Positions 8,945 through 16,300 are shown, counted from the stretch's first letter. The stretch is 32,000 nucleotides of DNA from Erysipelotrichaceae bacterium MTC7 (GCA_001695645.1 LVZN01000017.1:1-32000), one strand, 5' to 3'. The notes: a model not told the origin generated them from the sequence alone. Numbers and translations: made by a program.

Positions 8945-9364
8945 ATGAATCAAGGAAGAATTATTGTGATTACAGGCTCACCGGGGACAGGAAAAACAAC
9001 AACTGCGTCAATTGTCGCAAAGGAATCAGATATGGATAAATCAGTGCATATGCACACCGATGACTTTTTTCATTACTTAAGCAAAGGCGCAATACCACCA
9101 CATTTGCCAGAATCCAACAAGCAAAATCTGGTTGTCATTGAAGCCTTTTTAGAGGCTGCAAAGCGATATGCTCGTGGCGGATATGATGTAATTGTAGATG
9201 GGATTGTCGGGCCATGGTTTTTGGAGCCATGGAAAGCTCTTGCCCAAGAAGATTACGAGGTACACTATATTGTATTAAGAGCGAGTATGGAAATAAGACT
9301 TAGAAGCAAACTTAAGAGTGTGTTGATAGTGCAGTATCTTAAAATTTTGTATAATAGGAATTGA
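8945..9364 (+). CDS. P-loop NTPase/kinase-like protein. The 3' end is probably replaced by the erm(B) promoter cassette, so it is likely truncated.
   Basis: Walker A GSPGTGKTT. The last ~20 codons read through the well-known erm(B) upstream sequence, starting at about 9296. Confidence 0.5.
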   Translation: MNQGRIIVITGSPGTGKTTTASIVAKESDMDKSVHMHTDDFFHYLSKGAIPPHLPESNKQNLVVIEAFLEAAKRYARGGYDVIVDGIVGPWFLEPWKALAQEDYEVHYIVLRASMEIRLRSKLKSVLIVQYLKILYNRN

Positions 9365-9410
9365 AGTTAAATTAGATGCTAAAAATTTGTAATTAAGAAG
9401 GAGTGATTAC
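9296..9410 (+). promoter_or_regulatory. erm(B) upstream region of the pAMbeta1 type: promoter (TATAAT at 9350-9355, preceded by TG), 6-codon mini-ORF MLKICN (9376-9396) and RBS AAGGAG. The full leader peptide/attenuator is absent.
   Basis: The sequence AGAAGCAAACTTAAGAGTGTGTTGATAGTGCAGTATCTTAAAATTTTGTATAATAGG...AAGGAGTGATTACATG is recognised from pAMbeta1-derived erm cassettes. The 27-codon ermBL leader of Tn917 is absent. Confidence 0.7.
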
Positions 9411-10148
9411 ATGAACAAAAATATAAAATATTCTCAAAACTTTTTAACGAGTGAAAAAGTACTCAACCAAATAATAAAACAATTGAATTTAAAAGAAACC
9501 GATACCGTTTACGAAATTGGAACAGGTAAAGGGCATTTAACGACGAAACTGGCTAAAATAAGTAAACAGGTAACGTCTATTGAATTAGACAGTCATCTAT
9601 TCAACTTATCGTCAGAAAAATTAAAACTGAATACTCGTGTCACTTTAATTCACCAAGATATTCTACAGTTTCAATTCCCTAACAAACAGAGGTATAAAAT
9701 TGTTGGGAGTATTCCTTACCATTTAAGCACACAAATTATTAAAAAAGTGGTTTTTGAAAGCCATGCGTCTGACATCTATCTGATTGTTGAAGAAGGATTC
9801 TACAAGCGTACCTTGGATATTCACCGAACACTAGGGTTGCTCTTGCACACTCAAGTCTCGATTCAGCAATTGCTTAAGCTGCCAGCGGAATGCTTTCATC
9901 CTAAACCAAAAGTAAACAGTGTCTTAATAAAACTTACCCGCCATACCACAGATGTTCCAGATAAATATTGGAAGCTATATACGTACTTTGTTTCAAAATG
10001 GGTCAATCGAGAATATCGTCAACTGTTTACTAAAAATCAGTTTCATCAAGCAATGAAACACGCCAAAGTAAACAATTTAAGTACCGTTACTTATGAGCAA
10101 GTATTGTCTATTTTTAATAGTTATCTATTATTTAACGGGAGGAAATAA
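9411..10148 (+). CDS. erm(B): 23S rRNA (adenine2058-N6)-dimethyltransferase Erm(B), conferring MLSB resistance
   Basis: 245 aa, [47 protein letters not shown]... ending in ...LLFNGRK. Recognised as Erm(B) over its full length. Confidence 0.97.
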
Positions 10149-10152
10149 TTCT

Positions 10153-10284
10153 ATGAGTCGCTTTTGTAAATTTGGAAAGTTACACGTTACTAAAGGGAAT
10201 GTAGATAAATTATTAGGTATACTACTGACAGCTTCCAAGGAGCTAAAGAGGTCCCTAGCGCCTACGGGGAATTTGTATCGATAA
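10153..10284 (+). CDS. Small conserved ORF found downstream of erm(B) (MSRFCKFGKLHVTKGN...)
   Basis: 43-codon ORF that usually travels with erm(B) cassettes. There is no functional evidence. Confidence 0.3.
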   Translation: MSRFCKFGKLHVTKGNVDKLLGILLTASKELKRSLAPTGNLYR

Positions 10285-10578
10285 GGGGTACAAATTCCCA
10301 CTAAGCGCTCGGGACCCCTTGTAGGAAAATGTCCTAAGTGTGGCAACAATATTGTATTAAAAAAATCGTTTTATGGTTGTTCAAATTATCCTGAATGTAC
10401 CTTCACTTTAGCTGAACATTTTAGAAAGAAAAAACTCACCAAAACAAATGTAAAAGAATTACTAGAGGGAAAAGAAACCCTGGTAAAAGGAATCAAAACG
10501 AAAGATAGAAAGTCCTACAATGCCGTTGTAAAAATCGGAGAAAAGGGATATATTGATTTTATCTCTTTTTCAAAATAA
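10285..10578 (+). pseudogene. C-terminal remnant of an Inc18 type IA DNA topoisomerase (Zn-ribbon tail)
   Basis: Open frame without a start codon. It encodes ...GKCPKCGNNIVLKKSFYGCSNYPECTFTLAEHFRKKKLTKTNVKELLEGKETLVKGIKTKDRKSYNAVVKIGEKGYIDFISFSK followed by a stop. Confidence 0.6.
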
Positions 10579-10582
10579 GCAT

Positions 10583-10608
10583 AAAAGCCCTTTAAAGAGG
10601 GCTTTTAT
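10583..10608 (+). terminator. Rho-independent terminator (AAAAGCCCT..AGGGCTTTT)
   Basis: GC-rich stem followed by a T-run, directly after the topoisomerase remnant stop. Confidence 0.6.
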
Positions 10609-10613
10609 ATATT

Positions 10614-10676
10614 AATCACAAATCACTTATCACAAATCACAAGTGATTAATCACAAATCACTTGTGATTTGTGATT
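10614..10676. promoter_or_regulatory. P-delta operator / parS-type array: 9 contiguous WATCACW heptads
   Basis: The heptads read AATCACA AATCACT TATCACA AATCACA AGTGATT AATCACA AATCACT TGTGATT TGTGATT. A candidate -10 TACAAT lies at 10685-10690. Bases 10629-10676 are identical to 8139-8186. Confidence 0.85.
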
Positions 10677-10722
10677 CCTAATGATACAATATTACTATAC
10701 AAAAAAAGAATGGGGCGTAGTT

Positions 10723-11559
10723 ATGGAGAAGGAAGAACTCAAAATACTTGAAGAATTAAGACGTATTTTAAACAGTAAAAATGAAGCGATTGTTATCTTA
10801 AACAATTATTTTAAAGGTGGTGTTGGAAAGTCAAAATTATCGACTATGTTTGCTTACTTGACAGACAAATTTAATTTAAAAGTTTTAATGATCGATAAGG
10901 ACTTACAAGCAACATTGACAAAAGACTTAGCAAAAACATTTAAGGTAGAATTGCCACGTGTTAATTTTTATGAAGGACTGAAAAATGGAAACTTGGCTTC
11001 TTCTATTGTTCATTTGACTGATAATTTAGACTTGATCCCTGGCACGTTTGATTTGATGTTACTGCCAAAATTAACTCGCTCATGGACTTTTGAAAATGAA
11101 AGTAGATTGCTTGCTACTCTTTTAGCACCTTTAAAAAGTGACTATGATCTCATTATTATTGATACTGTACCAACGCCAAGCGTTTATACAAATAATGCAA
11201 TCGTGGCAAGTGATTACGTCATGATCCCTTTACAAGCAGAAGAAGAAAGTACAAACAACATTCAAAACTATATTTCCTATTTGATTGATTTACAAGAACA
11301 GTTTAACCCTGGACTAGATATGATCGGTTTTGTTCCTTATTTAGTTGATACGGACAGCACAACGATAAAATCAAACCTGGAAGAACTGTACAAGCAACAT
11401 AAAGAAGATAACTTGGTTTTCCAAAATATTATCAAGCGAAGTAATAAAGTAAGTACCTGGTCTAAAAACGGCATTACAGAACACAAAGGCTATGACAAAA
11501 AAGTTTTATCTATGTATGAGAACGTATTTTTTGAAATGCTTGCATATAGTATGCAGTAA
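10723..11559 (+). CDS. delta: Delta (ParA-type partition ATPase of Inc18 plasmids). Native sequence runs to 11542, after which 5 foreign codons (AYSMQ) and a stop follow.
   Basis: Deviant Walker A KGGVGKSK. Start chosen at MEKEELKILEE (the 284-aa delta form) because the upstream ATG at 10681 lies within the promoter -10 region. The C-terminus diverges after ...VFFEML. Confidence 0.8.
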   Translation: MEKEELKILEELRRILNSKNEAIVILNNYFKGGVGKSKLSTMFAYLTDKFNLKVLMIDKDLQATLTKDLAKTFKVELPRVNFYEGLKNGNLASSIVHLTDNLDLIPGTFDLMLLPKLTRSWTFENESRLLATLLAPLKSDYDLIIIDTVPTPSVYTNNAIVASDYVMIPLQAEEESTNNIQNYISYLIDLQEQFNPGLDMIGFVPYLVDTDSTTIKSNLEELYKQHKEDNLVFQNIIKRSNKVSTWSKNGITEHKGYDKKVLSMYENVFFEMLAYSMQ

Positions 11560-11642
11560 TAATTCAAAAGCTGTTATCGTGTGCGGTAAATAAAAAAAAC
11601 CGTTCCTAGATAATACACTTTTGTGCGTCTTGAAAAATAACG

Positions 11643-11680
11643 GGACGGTTTTGGATATAACCAGAACTGTCCTTTTTTCT
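11643..11680 (+). terminator. Rho-independent terminator in the ICE backbone upstream of the ORF7-like gene
   Basis: 12-bp stem GGACGGTTTTGG/CCAGAACTGTCC (two G-U pairs), loop ATATAA, then TTTTTTCTT. Confidence 0.65.
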
Positions 11681-11769
11681 TAGGAGTAAATAAGGCATAG
11701 TGGTGTTAGTATATAACTATGGACACGGAAAGTTGAACATCCTATAATATAAAAAAGGAGTGTTCTAAA

Positions 11770-12048
11770 ATGGCAAAAAATCAAAAATCCTATACCCCAG
11801 AATTCAAGCAGCAAATTGTTGACCTGCATAATAAAGCTGGCAAAGGTATAACAGAATTATCTAACGAATATGGCGTTCCAAAAGGCACAATCTCTACCTG
11901 GGTAAAGCTTCTTTCACCAGTACAGGTCTCAGAAACAGAAACTATTTCTATGAAAGAGTACAAGGCTCTTCAAAAGAAAATGAAGGAACTAGAGACAGAG
12001 AATGAAATATTAAAAAAAGCTACCGCCATATTCGCCAAAAATCAATAG
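11770..12048 (+). CDS. IS3-family transposase OrfA (HTH plus leucine-zipper-like region)
   Basis: 92 aa. Contains YTPEFKQQIVDL...GITELSNEYGVPKGTISTWVK and a C-terminal coiled-coil segment LETENEILKKA. Confidence 0.85.
   Translation: MAKNQKSYTPEFKQQIVDLHNKAGKGITELSNEYGVPKGTISTWVKLLSPVQVSETETISMKEYKALQKKMKELETENEILKKATAIFAKNQ
12012..12018 (+). promoter_or_regulatory. Programmed -1 frameshift slippery heptamer A AAA AAA
   Basis: It lies in the orfA frame as TTA AAA AAA GCT. The orfB frame is -1 and is open from 12012 through to 12917. Confidence 0.6.
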
Positions 12049-12056
12049 CTGCGTAC

Positions 12057-12917
12057 GTGTCCTTTATTCAAGCTAATCTTGATAAATATACTGTTAAACA
12101 AATGTGCAAGGTTCTTAAGTTTCCTCGCAGTACTTATTATGCTGTAATTAATCATGTTACATCTCAAAGAGAAATTGAATACAACAAATTTAGCGAAGAA
12201 GTTCAATTTTACTATGATCAATCTAAGGGACGTTATGGTGCTATTAAGATACAGCGTGATCTTGAAGAAGCTGGTATCCCCTGTTCAGTCAAAAGAGTTC
12301 AAAGACATATGGCTAGGCTTGGTATTCGTAGTGTTGTAGTACGCAAATATAAGTATCAAAATAATCAAGGTAAGGTTCCTGACGATAAGGAAAATATACT
12401 GAATCGCGATTTTAGTACTACAACCATAAATCAAAAATGGGTTACTGACATAACGTATATACATGTTCTTAACGAGGGCTGGACTTATCTAGCATCAGTT
12501 ATGGACTTATATGATAGAAAAATCATTGGTTATTCATATGGTAAAAATATGACCACCGAATTAGCTATGAAAGCAGTTGAAAATGCATGTATTAATGTAA
12601 AAGACACTACAGGTATTATCCTTCACAGCGATTTAGGCAGCCAATATACAAGCGCAGTATTTGAGAATATGCTTACAGAAAAACATATGAAGCATTCCTT
12701 CAGTAGAAAGGGAAATCCTTACGATAATGCCTGTATAGAATCCTACCATTCTGTATTGAAGAAGGAAGAAGTATACCGAAACACATATCATACACTTGAG
12801 GAGGCTAAATCAGCTCTCTTTGAATATATAGAGTCTTGGTATAACCGCAGAAGGAGGCACAGTGCACTGGATTATAAAACTCCACAGCAGGTTGAAGATG
12901 AGGCTCTTGTAGCTTAG
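12057..12917 (+). CDS. IS3-family transposase OrfB (DDE integrase core), probably expressed as an OrfAB fusion
   Basis: DDE motifs WVTDITY, HSDLGSQYTS and NACIESYH. Confidence 0.85.
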   Translation: MSFIQANLDKYTVKQMCKVLKFPRSTYYAVINHVTSQREIEYNKFSEEVQFYYDQSKGRYGAIKIQRDLEEAGIPCSVKRVQRHMARLGIRSVVVRKYKYQNNQGKVPDDKENILNRDFSTTTINQKWVTDITYIHVLNEGWTYLASVMDLYDRKIIGYSYGKNMTTELAMKAVENACINVKDTTGIILHSDLGSQYTSAVFENMLTEKHMKHSFSRKGNPYDNACIESYHSVLKKEEVYRNTYHTLEEAKSALFEYIESWYNRRRRHSALDYKTPQQVEDEALVA

Positions 12918-13304
12918 TAATCTTTCTCTCCGTATTAATGTCATGCAGAGAGAAAAAGTTCAACTTTTTGTGTCCAAAGTATTGACATAGGTCCATAGCT
13001 CTGGTTAAAGGGGGCTATACCATGATTGCATACGGAAGAACGTTCTGCCGTTCTCAACTGAATAAATATTTCAGTCCACTATTACAATCATTACACCCTT
13101 TACAAGAATTAAAAATTCATATCAATAGAATTTATAAAACAGTCTGTTTGTGTAATTACACATTATCGGGCTGTTTTTGTTTTGTTAAAAATTTTTTTCA
13201 ACTTTTTTCGGTTTCAACTTAGCAAATCACACCTGTCGTTCCCTATATGGTGCGGAAAGAGGGATAACCACTTTTCATATCGTAACGGAAAGGGGGTGAG
13301 ATTG

Positions 13305-13721
13305 ATGAAACCATCTGACTTCCAGAAAACAGTTCAATGCCGTTTTGAAAGTTGTTTGAAGAAAGTTGTCCGACATGTTGTTAAGGACTATCAGAAGAAA
13401 TTAAAGCGACGACAAAAGGGAGAAACGCTTTTTTGTGAACTTCCAGAAATCGTTGTAGAAAATCTGGCTGTCTGGGACGACTATGATACGGACTATACGA
13501 TTTTCAATGTATGTGGTAGTGATATTCGTATTTGTGATGATGAACTGGCAGAAGCCTTGAAACATTTGTCTGAGCGTAATCGAGAAAATTTGTTGATGTA
13601 TTATTTCTTGGAAATGAGCGATACCGAGATTGCAAAAAGACAAAATATTTCAAGAAGTGGTGTTTTTCAAAACCGACACAATTCACTAGAGCTTATGAAA
13701 AAAATACTAAAGGAGAAATGA
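13305..13721 (+). CDS. Sigma-70-like regulator (region 4 HTH), Tn916 ORF7-like
   Basis: Start chosen at the ATG at 13305, behind RBS AAGGGGGTG. C-terminal segment LLMYYFLEMSDTEIAKRQNISRSGVFQNRHNSLELMKKIL. Confidence 0.7.
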   Translation: MKPSDFQKTVQCRFESCLKKVVRHVVKDYQKKLKRRQKGETLFCELPEIVVENLAVWDDYDTDYTIFNVCGSDIRICDDELAEALKHLSERNRENLLMYYFLEMSDTEIAKRQNISRSGVFQNRHNSLELMKKILKEK

Positions 13722-13727
13722 TAGCAA

Positions 13728-13976
13728 ATGAAACACACAATGAAGAAGCCGTCCTACTACTTGCTTTCGCAGGCAATGGACGGGGACGAAAAAGCGATTG
13801 AAAAGATACTGGCATTTTATGACCCTTACATATCAAAGTGCTGTCTACGACCACTCTATGATGAATACGGCAATGTCTATATTGTTGTAGATATGGAATT
13901 AAAGGGACTTATCAGAGAAGCACTTATTAAAATGATTTTAGGGTTTGATATTGCCTTAGAAATCGAAGAAGAATAA
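13728..13976 (+). CDS. Small regulatory protein, Tn916 ORF8-like
   Basis: 82 aa. It starts 6 nt after the ORF7-like stop. Contains the conserved-looking AIEKILAFYDPYISKCC. Confidence 0.6.
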   Translation: MKHTMKKPSYYLLSQAMDGDEKAIEKILAFYDPYISKCCLRPLYDEYGNVYIVVDMELKGLIREALIKMILGFDIALEIEEE

Positions 13977-14427
13977 CAAGCAGTAACCGCAGAGCATGAT
14001 TTGTTCAATCCCCTCTTTCCTGCTCTGCCCCTGCTTTTATATGAAAGCAACACGCTTTCGCCACAGCTCTTTGACAACTGAATAAAGCAGACAGATACGT
14101 TTGTGAGATAGCGAGCCACGGGAACTGTACGCCACGACCTTTTCAAAAGAAAGCGAGCGACCCACGCAGTGATCCGAGAGCGACTGTTGGAAAAGTCGTT
14201 TTGCCATGACCTATCCTCACAGAATAATGATACGTCCGCATGGTGCGGTTCTGCCCACAAGAATGGGAATAGTTGAGATACTAACGGAGCTTTCCAAAGC
14301 CGTCTGCCTGCTTATAATTGATAGTTTCAGCAACAAAATCTATCTACTCTTTTTATTTAGGTGTGTTATAATGACCTTATTAGACGAGTGTATTTTGTTG
14401 CTGTCACAAATGAAAGGGGTCTTAATA

Positions 14428-14628
14428 GTGATAAGTGATACACAAAATGCACAATCTCCTACAAAGGAAAAAAAGACTTATACAGTAGAGGAAATTGCTG
14501 AACAACTGGACATTAGCAAAAAGGTAGCTTATTCATTAGTAAAAAGCGGTCAATTCAGTTATGTTCGTGCTGGTAAAGCCATACGGGTATCAAAGGTTTC
14601 TTTCGATAAATGGTTAAATGAAATTTAA
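14428..14628 (+). CDS. xis: Excisionase (MerR-like HTH, Tn916 Xis-like)
   Basis: The GTG at 14428 lies 8 nt after AAAGGGG and gives 66 aa. HTH segment YTVEEIAEQLDISKKVAYSLVKSGQFSYVRAGKAIRV. The ATG at 14410 is an alternative start. The gene ends 18 nt before int. Confidence 0.7.
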   Translation: MISDTQNAQSPTKEKKTYTVEEIAEQLDISKKVAYSLVKSGQFSYVRAGKAIRVSKVSFDKWLNEI

Positions 14629-14646
14629 CTATAAGGAGAGAAAATT

Positions 14647-16092
14647 ATGGCTTCAATCAAACAAAGAAAATCAAGTTTTTCAGTTATTTATTGGTACTTA
14701 GATAGTGCAGGAGAAAGAAAACAAAAATGGGACACGCTGGAAACAAGAAAAGAAGCAAAACAGCGAAAAGCCTTTATAGAATACTATCAAGAGAAATTTG
14801 GATATGTGATAGTTCCATTAGAGGAACAATTTGCACATCAGATTGAAAATTCTAAAAAGGAGTTAGATGTTGTAGACAAAGATATTACATTGCGTGATTT
14901 CCTAGAAATTTTTGTTAATTTATATGGCACATCTAAATGGTCGCCGAGTACATTTAGTAGTAAGGTAGGCAGTATTGAAAATTATATCAATCCGATTATT
15001 GGAGATTGGAAACTGAATGAAATAACTACAAAAAGTCTATCAAAATACTACAATGATTTATTGAGCGTTCCAGAAGTACCACGGGCAAACAGAAAAGCAA
15101 CTGGTCGTTGTGTTCAACCAGCGAACATCAAAAAAATACATGATATTATCCGCTGTGCCTTAAATCAAGCTATCCGCTGGGAGTATATTGATACAAACAA
15201 AAGAAACCCTGCGTCTTTGGCTACGTTACCAAAAATTCCAAAGACTAGGCGAAAAGTGTGGAGTGTTCAAACATTTCGAGAAGCGGTAAAAGCCACGGAA
15301 GATGATTTGCTTTCAATTTGTATGCACTTAGCTTTTTCCTGCTCTATGCGAATTGGAGAAATTACAGGACTTACATGGGAAGATGTTATTATTGATGAAG
15401 AGTCCATTGCTACAAATAATGCAAAGGTAATCATCAATAAAGAACTTTCAAGAGTAAATGCAGAAGCTATGCAGAAATTAAAGGAAAAGGATATTTTAAA
15501 GATTTTCCCAACGCAAAAACCGCATTGTACCACAAGGCTTGTCTTGAAAACGCCAAAAACAGAAACAAGTAATCGTGTTGTCTGGTTACCTAAAACAGTT
15601 GCGGAACTATTGGTGCAATATAAAAAAGACCAGCAGGAATTAAAGGAATTTTTAGGAAGTGCCTACAATGATTACAACCTTGTTATTGCGTTGGATAATG
15701 GCAATCCCGTGGAAAGCCGTATTGTTAGAGATAGGTTTCAAAAGCTCTGTGAAGAAAACGATTATGAAGTTGTGGTATTTCACAGCCTACGCCATTTAAG
15801 TACGGGTTATAAACTCAAAATGACAAACGGAGATGTTAAGTCCGTACAAGGCGATACTGGTCACGCAGAAGCAGAAATGGTTACAGATGTATATTCAGAA
15901 ATCATTGACGAGGACAGACGTTTCAATGCACAAAAAATGGATAAAGAATTTTATTCTACGCTTAATGATGATACAGACAATCCAAAGCAAGATACCGACT
16001 TAACCGATAGTGATATGGCGTTATTGGAACTGATTAAATCTTTATCGCCAGAAATGAAAGAGCAATTTTTAAAGCAGGCACTTCAAAGATAG
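14647..16092 (+). CDS. int: Tyrosine site-specific integrase (481 aa) with an N-terminal arm-binding-type domain
   Basis: Catalytic-domain motifs FHSLRHLSTGY (HxLRH) and GHAEAEMVTDVYSEI (catalytic Tyr). N-terminus IKQRKSSFSVIYWYLD. RBS AAGGAGAG. Confidence 0.9.
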   Translation: MASIKQRKSSFSVIYWYLDSAGERKQKWDTLETRKEAKQRKAFIEYYQEKFGYVIVPLEEQFAHQIENSKKELDVVDKDITLRDFLEIFVNLYGTSKWSPSTFSSKVGSIENYINPIIGDWKLNEITTKSLSKYYNDLLSVPEVPRANRKATGRCVQPANIKKIHDIIRCALNQAIRWEYIDTNKRNPASLATLPKIPKTRRKVWSVQTFREAVKATEDDLLSICMHLAFSCSMRIGEITGLTWEDVIIDEESIATNNAKVIINKELSRVNAEAMQKLKEKDILKIFPTQKPHCTTRLVLKTPKTETSNRVVWLPKTVAELLVQYKKDQQELKEFLGSAYNDYNLVIALDNGNPVESRIVRDRFQKLCEENDYEVVVFHSLRHLSTGYKLKMTNGDVKSVQGDTGHAEAEMVTDVYSEIIDEDRRFNAQKMDKEFYSTLNDDTDNPKQDTDLTDSDMALLELIKSLSPEMKEQFLKQALQR

Positions 16093-16098
16093 AATTTC

Positions 16099-16162
16099 AA
16101 AAGTGTTAGCAAATTCCAAAAAAACCAGCGATTTTTCTTCAAAAATAAAAAAGTGTTAGCAA
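16099..16162 (+). repeat. Two direct copies of AAAAGTGTTAGCAA exactly 50 bp apart (16099-16112 and 16149-16162), candidate integrase arm-type sites
   Basis: The identical 14-mers were read directly. They lie 7-70 bp after the int stop codon, at the ICE terminus. Confidence 0.45.
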
Positions 16163-16249
16163 GCCTATTTCCTTAAAAGTCTTAAAAAAATATCGAATAA
16201 AAAATGACAGATTGAAAACAATTCGTATTCAGCGTAAATAGAAAGCCAT

Positions 16250-16293
16250 AAATAAAGAAACGCTGAAAACCTTGTAAAATAAGGCTTTCAGCG
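16250..16293 (-). terminator. Rho-independent terminator downstream of tRNA-Arg
   Basis: 13-bp stem with one mismatch (CGCTGAAAACCTT/AAGGCTTTCAGCG), 7-nt loop, followed on the minus strand by TTTCTTTATTT. Confidence 0.6.
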
Positions 16294-16300
16294 GAGTTTG

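Larger units (their letters stand above)
8100..11542 (+). other. Inc18-plasmid-derived segment (pSM19035/pAMbeta1/pRE25 type) inserted into the ICE ORF9/ORF7 intergenic region. It is circularly permuted with respect to delta.
   Basis: Contains the recognisable omega, epsilon, zeta, erm(B), topoisomerase-tail and delta sequences together with their heptad operator arrays. TTG is present at both junctions (8100-8102 and 11540-11542). Confidence 0.8.
11701..12995 (+). mobile_element. IS3-family insertion sequence (IS150-like group), 1295 bp, with 3-bp target site duplication TAG
   Basis: The ends are TGG...CCA. Imperfect terminal inverted repeats match at about 26 of 38 positions, including GGACAC..AAAGTTGAAC. 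TAG flanks the element at 11698-11700 and 12996-12998. It has the orfA/orfB arrangement. Confidence 0.85.
1..16300 (+). mobile_element. Right-hand part of a Tn916-family integrative conjugative element. The left end is outside the window. The right boundary is uncertain, somewhere in 16100-16440.
   Basis: Collinear ORF16/15/14/13-like conjugation genes, an ORF9-like repressor on the opposite strand, ORF7/ORF8-like regulators, then Xis and a tyrosine integrase as terminal genes, followed by a tRNA gene. The conjugation genes look visibly more GC-rich than the cargo and the flanking chromosome. Confidence 0.8.

Noticed and set aside
8138-10676. Tandem short repeats that might at first glance suggest a CRISPR-like or satellite array
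   Set aside because: The units are contiguous 7-mers (WATCACW) in mixed orientation with no spacers, matching the known omega operator arrays. They are not CRISPR.
10681-10722. Upstream ATG (MIQYYYTKKEWGVV...) as the delta start
   Set aside because: This ATG lies within the probable -10 region (TACAAT at 10685-10690) directly after the heptad array. The 284-aa form starting at MEKEEL (10723) is the accepted protein. The longer form is kept only as the historical ORF298 numbering.
13022-13304. ORF 13022-13222 and the N-terminal extension (13182-13304) of the ORF7-like gene
   Set aside because: These are hydrophobic or odd translations of an AT-rich intergenic region that contains hairpins (e.g. 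the TGTGTAATTACACA palindrome). A good RBS is present only before the ATG at 13305.
13877-14260. 127-aa minus-strand ORF spanning the ORF8 3' end and the spacer
   Set aside because: It overlaps a supported gene in antisense, has no RBS and gives an Arg/Ser/Cys-rich translation.
14206-14427. Long N-terminal extension of xis (140-aa ORF)
   Set aside because: The extension is hydrophobic junk with no RBS. The HTH excisionase core begins after the AAAGGGG RBS, giving a 66-aa product that nearly matches the 67-aa length I recall for Tn916 Xis.
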